Shown here: positions 49,000 to 55,098 of the stretch, piece after piece
Numbering within the stretch: position 1 is the stretch's first letter
Layout of the letters: each line of letters begins with the position of its first letter
Assembly: GCA_964462015.1 (NCBI GenBank)
Contig: CAYWXI010000004.1
Span: 15,859 to 79,858, forward strand
Source: an uncultured Bacteroidales bacterium
GTDB lineage: Bacteria; Bacteroidota; Bacteroidia; Bacteroidales; JAEINX01
Length of the DNA stretch: 64,000 bases
Reading direction: 5' to 3'
Position numbers and translations under genes: made by a program
The notes under the pieces: model-generated
Databases searched by the model: none
What the model was told of the DNA's origin: nothing
Seen by the model: only the letters and a program-made list of their open reading frames with translations

Positions 49000-51141
49000 A
49001 TGCTTTTGATTATGAAATCATTTATAATATTTTTTGCAATGATATTGCTTCCAGGTTTGATGCAATCCCAAACCATAGCCGGAGGCAATCCCGGTTTTGA
49101 ATCTGACTTTAGTGGATGGACACGGTTGATAAATTGGGGGGCAGGGACTACACATATTTCTATTTCTACTTCAAACCCTCAGAGTGGTTCGAAAGCAGCT
49201 TTTTTTGATGCAGGACCTACTTATTATGAACAACTTTATGCAGACATAACCGGCTTAACTATATCAACAAAATATACATTGTCTTTTTATGCTGCAGGAG
49301 AAGAAGCTGATTTTTATGTTGGCCCAACCTCTAACGTATATGAAGGGACTTATTATTATGTAGATTGTGGCAGTTCAGGACTAACCTACTATTTACAAGT
49401 TGTGGGCTTTACAGCTACCGCAACTACAATGAGAATCTGGTTTGATTTTTACCCCGCTATGGATATGTATGTTGATAATTTTGTAATAACTGAAACGCCT
49501 GTATGGGAAGGAACTACCAACACTGATTGGGCAACCGGAACAAATTGGAGTACTGGAACTGAGCCCGGCTCATCTGATTATATTGTTTCGGTACCAAATA
49601 CTACAAATGATCCTATTATTTCAACAACTGTTTCTGTATATGAAATTAGTATTGAGAGCGGGGCAGATTTTACTATTGCTTATAATGGCAATTTAACATC
49701 ATTAAATAGTTTTACGAACGCTGGAACTTTCACTATTAAATCAACATCTTCCGGAACCGGTTCCGTTATAATAGAAGGGAGTGCTACAGGAGATGTTACC
49801 GTAGAGCGCTTTCTTACCCACGACAGATGGCATTACATAGCAGGCCAAAGCAATATTTCTGGAAATTTCAGCACATTGAGTATGGGGCTGACAGGTGGAG
49901 TAAATAACGACCAGTTTTATCGCTGGGATGAAAGTCTGGATTGGGGAGGAAATATCGGGAACTGGGTTGATATCCTAAACGGCCCTAATGGTAATGACCC
50001 AACAATGGCAACTGAAGGTTTTTTGGCATGTAAAGGATATGCTATCAATTATATTACCACCGATAAAACTTTAAGCCTAAGCGGAGCACCTTATACTGTC
50101 GATAAGAGTATCAACCTTACAAAAACTACAGGAAGCTTAAATGAAGGTTGTAACCTTGTTGGCAATCCTTTTACTTCCACTCTTGCAGTAAATACAGATG
50201 CCGAGACTACCAACAACTTTCTTACACAGAATACAGATGTCCTTGATGCATCTTATGTAGCTGTTTATTTGTGGAACGAACAGGCTGGCTGGACCTATCC
50301 GGACAATAATGATTATGTTACCATTAATAATTCAAGCGGAGCAACATATATTCAAGCGGGACAGGCCTTTATGGTAGTAGCAAAAACCAATGGTGCATCT
50401 TTATCTTTTCCGGCAGCAATCAGAAAGCATGGATCAGCCTCTTTCTATAAAAATCAGGTTAACGATGAAGTTTCAAGGTTTGAACTCGGTGTATTTAACC
50501 CTGAAGGACAAACCAACTCAGTACTTATTGCTTTTATCCCCGAAATGACAAACGGCCTTGATCCTTCGTATGATGCCGGAAAAATGAGCGGCAATGCCAG
50601 TCTTTCACTCTACACAAAACTTGTTGAAGATAACGGCCATAATTTTGCAATCCAGGCCCTGCCACCATTAGATGGTACTACTTCTGTGAAATTAGGTTTA
50701 AGGGCAGAACTCACCGGAACGTATAAGTTTGAACCTGTTAATGTTGAAAACTTTAATGAGAGTGTTTCCATTAAACTGGAAGATAAACAAACCGGTGCAA
50801 TGATTGATTTAACAACCATTCCTGAATATTCATTTGGGATAAATGAAGCCGGAACCTTTGATGACAGGTTTGTGCTGCACTTTAAAGGGGCTGTCGGTAT
50901 TGAGGAAGTGCTGGAAAGCAATAAAATACGTTTTTATGTTTACGACAATAAACTTTATATTATTGATAAAGAACTGAAAAACGCAACAATTCAGTTATTC
51001 AATATGCTTGGGCAACCGGTGATGAAAAAACAATATTCACAAGCAGTAAATGCCATTGATTTAAATCTATCGAAGGGATATTATATTGTAAGAATAATTA
51101 CGGATAAGATGTATGTAAGTGGGAAAATATATGTTGAGTAG
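49000..51141 (+). CDS. T9SS-sorted surface protein paralog 2 (CBM4/9-like N-terminal domain, shared C-terminal region, T9SS CTD)
   Basis: Start moved to ATG 49000/49012 (MLLIMKSFIIFFAMILLPGLMQSQ signal peptide). GNPGFESDFSGW...MYVDNFVITE is a CBM-like domain. The C-terminus is near-identical to paralog 1. Confidence 0.8.
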   Translation: MLLIMKSFIIFFAMILLPGLMQSQTIAGGNPGFESDFSGWTRLINWGAGTTHISISTSNPQSGSKAAFFDAGPTYYEQLYADITGLTISTKYTLSFYAAGEEADFYVGPTSNVYEGTYYYVDCGSSGLTYYLQVVGFTATATTMRIWFDFYPAMDMYVDNFVITETPVWEGTTNTDWATGTNWSTGTEPGSSDYIVSVPNTTNDPIISTTVSVYEISIESGADFTIAYNGNLTSLNSFTNAGTFTIKSTSSGTGSVIIEGSATGDVTVERFLTHDRWHYIAGQSNISGNFSTLSMGLTGGVNNDQFYRWDESLDWGGNIGNWVDILNGPNGNDPTMATEGFLACKGYAINYITTDKTLSLSGAPYTVDKSINLTKTTGSLNEGCNLVGNPFTSTLAVNTDAETTNNFLTQNTDVLDASYVAVYLWNEQAGWTYPDNNDYVTINNSSGATYIQAGQAFMVVAKTNGASLSFPAAIRKHGSASFYKNQVNDEVSRFELGVFNPEGQTNSVLIAFIPEMTNGLDPSYDAGKMSGNASLSLYTKLVEDNGHNFAIQALPPLDGTTSVKLGLRAELTGTYKFEPVNVENFNESVSIKLEDKQTGAMIDLTTIPEYSFGINEAGTFDDRFVLHFKGAVGIEEVLESNKIRFYVYDNKLYIIDKELKNATIQLFNMLGQPVMKKQYSQAVNAIDLNLSKGYYIVRIITDKMYVSGKIYVE

Positions 51142-51156
51142 GAACTGGATGCTGGA
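49748..51156 (+). repeat. 1.4-kb direct repeat, copy 2
   Basis: See copy 1. The antisense ORFs at 48254..48565 and 50610..50921 translate identically, confirming DNA identity there. Confidence 0.9.
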
Positions 51157-51345
51157 TACAAGATACAGGATGCAGGATAATGAACACTATAGCCTGTATA
51201 TTAATCGAAAACTACCCATTCTATTAATCGAAAAGTATCCACTTTTTAAAAGACCAGCCTGATTATTGCAAATAATCGGCGTAAATCAATGGATAAAAGG
51301 GATCAATGTGAAAAGTTGGAGGGTATTTAAAAAAAAACAGGGGCA

Positions 51346-51507
51346 ATCTTCTGCTGCAGATAGGGCTTCTCGATGTCAAGAAAAACTATCTGTTGCTGCG
51401 TATAGGGCTTCTCAATGTCAAGAAAGGCTATCTGTTGCTGCGAAGCTTCTCAATGTCAAGAAAGTTGATCTGCTGTTGCAGATAGGATACCTCGGAGTCA
51501 GGAAATT
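51346..51507 (+). repeat. 4-unit tandem array, 42-nt period (one 38-nt unit)
   Basis: Units start at 51346, 51388, 51430 and 51468. Consensus atctgttgctgcgtatagggcttctcaatgtcaagaaaggct. Shares period, orientation and the core GCTGC..ATAG..CTTCTC with the 53.7-kb array. Confidence 0.8.
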
Positions 51508-51661
51508 AAAGCTTATAGTCAAAAAAGGTTCTATCAGAATTAGTAAGCTAATCAACTAAGTAATATAATCAGAATAATTTCAATAATTCAAGAAAATATA
51601 TGATAACGAAAGAAGAATATGGAGGAGTAGAGTGCTTTTATCATTCCTCAAAATGTGCCTG

Positions 51662-52075
51662 CTAATTTGTTAGTATTGCTGTTGCTTCAATTTCTATAAG
51701 ACACCCAAAATGTAATTCCCTTGTCGGAATAATGCTTCTTACTGGTTTATGGTCTTCGAAAAAAGAACTGTATCTTTCGTTTACTTTATCCCAAAGAGCA
51801 ATATTTGATATATAAACACGCATCTGAAGCACCTGGTTTTTTGAACTACCTGCCTCATTCAAAATTAATTCAACATTTTTTAATGCCTGATCGGCCTGCT
51901 CTTCAATAGTTTTTGGAATAGATTTAGTAATCGGGTCAATTGGAAGTTGCCCTGATAAGTACAAAATTCCATTATGATGAATGCATTGTGAATAATGGCC
52001 ATTACTCTTTGGCATTTTTGAGGTTTCTATAATTTCCATTTTATTAATATTTTTCGATAACTCATTTTTAATCAA
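51662..52075 (-). CDS. ridA: RidA/YjgF-family reactive-intermediate deaminase
   Basis: 137-aa ORF (likely true start ATG 52039, MEIIETSKMPKSNGHYSQ). YLSGQLP...RVYI...R..IPTRELHFGCLIEIEA is typical of the family. Confidence 0.85.
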   Translation of the reverse strand: MIKNELSKNINKMEIIETSKMPKSNGHYSQCIHHNGILYLSGQLPIDPITKSIPKTIEEQADQALKNVELILNEAGSSKNQVLQMRVYISNIALWDKVNERYSSFFEDHKPVRSIIPTRELHFGCLIEIEATAILTN

Positions 52076-52349
52076 AATATATGTTTTTCTTTGTGAAACT
52101 TTGAGTTTTCTTCGTGATTCTTTGCCGCAATAACTATTTCAAAGAAGTATCAAAGAAAATACATCGTTACACAAAAGTATGATAAAAAACGATTTATTAT
52201 AATATTCTGAACATAAAAATATTTCGTTATTTTATATAAATAATGAACACAGAAAAAGGAACATCGAATAATGAATTTTTATCAGCATTCATCATTCCTT
52301 GTTCAATATTCGATATTTTTTAAAAACAAATTCAAACCTTGAAATTTCA

Positions 52350-52597
52350 AACCACAAAGTGGTTAAACGTGAATAGCCTCAGGTTTACCCCGTGGAATAA
52401 TAGCTTTGCTATTCAACGGGGTGAACCTGTGGATATAAAGCAGAAAGACACATCAATAACCCCAAAGGGGGTTTAATAAATCAATATAAGTACTCGCTTG
52501 TTGTTAACATTAAACCCTTTCAGGGTTTTTTGCTGATTATATTTTATTACCCTGCACTTCGTACAGGGCTATTCATATTTAATCCGCTTTGCGGATT
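52350..52597. repeat. hairpin-cassette cluster, inverted copies of the 29.2-kb modules
   Basis: aaccacaaagtggtt + aaacgtgaatag + a nested 56-nt hairpin (52377-52432). Then 52458-52473, 52512-52528, and ccctgcacttcgtacaggg + ctattcatattt + aatccgctttgcggatt (52550-52597). Confidence 0.8.
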
Positions 52598-52629
52598 GTC
52601 TGTCCTTCTTTCTATTTTTTCCAATTATT

Positions 52630-53589
52630 TCAAACAATCAAAATCTCAATTTCTCCCACCACCTCAGTATTCTTATTTGTTATTAAAATATAGTCATTCC
52701 CAGCATCACCGAGTTCGCTTGCAAGGCACGACTTTTCGTTGTCGGCCTCAATGACTATTGCATTTTCGGGACAAGAAGCATCGGGAGTAGCTGCCGAAAA
52801 AGCATATAATGTAACATTACCGAAATTATTAAACCTGAAAACATCATTTTCATCAAACTCAATTCCAGCATCGGTTGTGGAATCAGGTTCAATGCTTATT
52901 ACATGAGGTTCGGGGCCTGATTTCTTCTCATGCGCGCGAATATTTTCCAATTCAAAAAATTCCTCAACAGTTTCGGGGTTTTGATAATATAAGTTCATCA
53001 GGTATCCGAGATTTGCATACATAATTTCACCGGCTGCAATACGCGCCTGGTCCAATTCTCCCGAAGTGGAAGCCGTAAGCTGCTCTTTTTGTTGCTGAAC
53101 ATCACGAGCTGCCAACAACTCCTTATAACAAGCATCAACCTCACTTTGTGCAGTTGCCAGCAATTCGTAATTTAAAAGTGTTTCGGCCAATGCTCCCACC
53201 TTTGCAATTCGTGTTTCGAAATTACCAATCCTGAATGTCGTACGTCCATCGGGGAAAATAATTTTAAAATCAGCCGACCTTTCAGGATACTCAATTCTTA
53301 CCATTGCTTCCCATCGTGGTATTTTTACGGCACTTAATTCATTCATTAAATTATTGAATCGCAATGTTTCGCCTTCACGAATACCTTTTGCCGACTTCCA
53401 TGAATTAAATTTAGCCGATAGCTCATTTTTTGCCGTAGTTGTCCGCTCAATTATTGGCTGAATTTCTACATCCGATTCTTTTGCCTTTAGTTTTGATTCA
53501 TGATCGGTGATAATGCTAAGCATTTTAACATAGCTACCTTTAGTAACGTTTACAAAAACATTAACTAAATAATTCCAGGTTCTTTTCAT
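52630..53589 (-). CDS. orphan hypothetical protein (helical N-terminal two-thirds, small beta-rich C-terminal domain)
   Basis: 319-aa ORF with an ATG start and clean coding-like composition. No motif I recognise, no signal peptide or TM helix. Confidence 0.6.
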   Translation of the reverse strand: MKRTWNYLVNVFVNVTKGSYVKMLSIITDHESKLKAKESDVEIQPIIERTTTAKNELSAKFNSWKSAKGIREGETLRFNNLMNELSAVKIPRWEAMVRIEYPERSADFKIIFPDGRTTFRIGNFETRIAKVGALAETLLNYELLATAQSEVDACYKELLAARDVQQQKEQLTASTSGELDQARIAAGEIMYANLGYLMNLYYQNPETVEEFFELENIRAHEKKSGPEPHVISIEPDSTTDAGIEFDENDVFRFNNFGNVTLYAFSAATPDASCPENAIVIEADNEKSCLASELGDAGNDYILITNKNTEVVGEIEILIV

Positions 53590-53695
53590 TTTTTTAAAAT
53601 TTTAATTAATAAATAATTTTATAATTAGTTGATATTGCAACTTTTTCAAATATGTTTGCTTTATTGGAACCTTTTTCTTTGTTGTTGAAAACAAT

Positions 53696-54157
53696 ATTCT
53701 GCAGCACCAGATAGTTTCCCAAAACATTTTGTGACGCATTCTGTAGTAAGAAATAGCTTCTCCAAACATTTAGTGACGCATTCTGTGGCAAGGGATAGCC
53801 TCCCCAAACGTTTAGTGACGCATTCTGTAGCAAGAGATAGCTTCTCCAAACATTTAGTGACGCATTCTGTGGCAAGGGATAGCCTCCCCAAACGTTTAGT
53901 GACGCATTCTGTAGCAAGAGATAGCTTCTCCAAACATTTAGTGACGTATTCTGCTTCAAAAGATAGCCTCCCCAAACGTTTAGTGACGCATTCTGTAGAA
54001 AGGGATAGCTTTCCCAAACGTTTAGTGAGGCTTTCTGCTGCAAGAGATAGCTTCTCCAAACGTTTAGTGACGCATTCTGTAACTGCAGATAGCTTCTCCA
54101 AATATTTAATGATGCATTCTGCTGCAAGAGATAAACTCTATAAATGTCTGATAACTC
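53696..54157 (+). repeat. 11-unit tandem array, exact 42-nt period, alternating A/B unit types
   Basis: Units start at 53696 + 42n. A = attctgtagcaagagatagcttctccaaacatttagtgacgc. B = attctgtggcaagggatagcctccccaaacgtttagtgacgc. The terminal units are degenerate. Confidence 0.95.
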
Positions 54158-54437
54158 ATTTTTCCTCAGCAGATTACATTTCTCAAAAAGAAAAACACCC
54201 TTCAGTAGCACTTTACAATCAGTTTTTAGCTTAAGATAATTTCTTAAAAATGTTCAATTAATGTTATCAAAAACAAAGAAACCGTTAATGTTTAAACAAT
54301 ATTTTTAGAAAAAACTTTATATCGATTTTTTGTTTTCGATTTTGCGTAGCAATATTACAAAAAAATAATTAATAAAACAAAAACCGGAAAAAAAAATTTT
54401 TGTTCTACTACCATTTTAGTGGGTAAGGAATATAAAG

Positions 54438-54573
54438 AGACCGAAGTCAGAAGACTGAAGTCGGAAGAAAATTACTGTTGGTTATTAGTTTATTATCCTT
54501 TTAATGATACTTAATATATTAATGCTCCAAATATTTTGGTGTGTTAACTTCTGACTTCGGTCTTCCGACTTCG
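54438..54573. repeat. GAAGTC-word inverted repeats flanking an 80-nt AT-rich spacer
   Basis: 54438-54453 pairs perfectly (16 bp) with 54548-54563. 54457-54467 pairs perfectly (11 bp) with 54562-54572. The two helices are in the same order on both sides. Confidence 0.8.
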
Positions 54574-54735
54574 TACCAAATACAATCTCATTTTACACAT
54601 AACATTATTTGTTTCCAATTAAATTCGCAGTAGAACCTTTTTTATATAGATAATATTTTTAGTGAAAAGGCGGAAATAATGTTTATTACTATGTTTATAA
54701 TCTAAACTTTACGAGCTTTGCGATTCGACTGCGTT

Positions 54736-54749
54736 CAGATAATTATCTG
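54736..54749. promoter_or_regulatory. perfect 14-bp palindrome CAGATAATTATCTG
   Basis: Read directly from the sequence. It lies about 350 nt upstream of the GAF/PAS gene in an 860-nt ORF-free region. Confidence 0.3.
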
Positions 54750-55098
54750 CTTTGCGTGAACCATTTTCAGCTCTTTTATATCGGATTCATTATTACATTC
54801 AGCACTCTGGAAAAAAAATCAATTTTTTTTTAAATATTAATAAAAAATGCTATATTTGCGTATACTTTAATAGAATAATGATTTCAATATTTTTACAGGA
54901 ATGATTATTAAATTATTGGCAAAAGTGAAAGAGGCATTTATTATAAATAAAAAAGAAATTTATCGGCAGGCTTAATCGTCATTACTATTTCTTAATTCGA
55001 TCATAGGGATGATAATTTTCAATGCCGAATGAAATACTAAGTAGTTTGTACTTAGCGAAACAAAAATCAATAAATTAATTTTATTAATAATCTGACAT

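Noticed and set aside
51266-51559. 97-aa plus-strand ORF over the small 42-nt array.
   Set aside because: This is the same repeat-derived artefact. Its start is a non-ATG codon and its sequence is the 14-aa repeat translation.
45765-53589. Horizontally acquired island, inferred from the higher GC of the T9SS paralogs and the orphan gene (about 40-43 percent in hand-counted 100-nt samples versus about 30 percent in one sampled low-GC stretch at 5101-5200).
   Set aside because: A housekeeping gene (aspS) sampled the same way is about 45 percent GC, so the difference is within the coding-region range. No integrase, tRNA target or flanking mobility genes are present.
53696-54157. CRISPR array or TIGR-type guide-RNA array.
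   Set aside because: There are no unique spacers. The whole 42-nt unit is conserved, and variation is scattered divergence between two unit types. No cas, Nop-domain, HNH or RuvC genes are adjacent.
53606-54234. Three long ORFs (201 aa and 146 aa on minus, 167 aa on plus) overlapping the 42-nt array.
   Set aside because: All are by-products of a stop-free tandem repeat being open in three frames. None has an ATG start (GTG/TTG only). The A/B unit differences give no frame a clear excess of synonymous changes (2 synonymous of 5, 1 of 5, and 2 of 5). The heptad-like frame is kept as a low-probability alternative in the finding.
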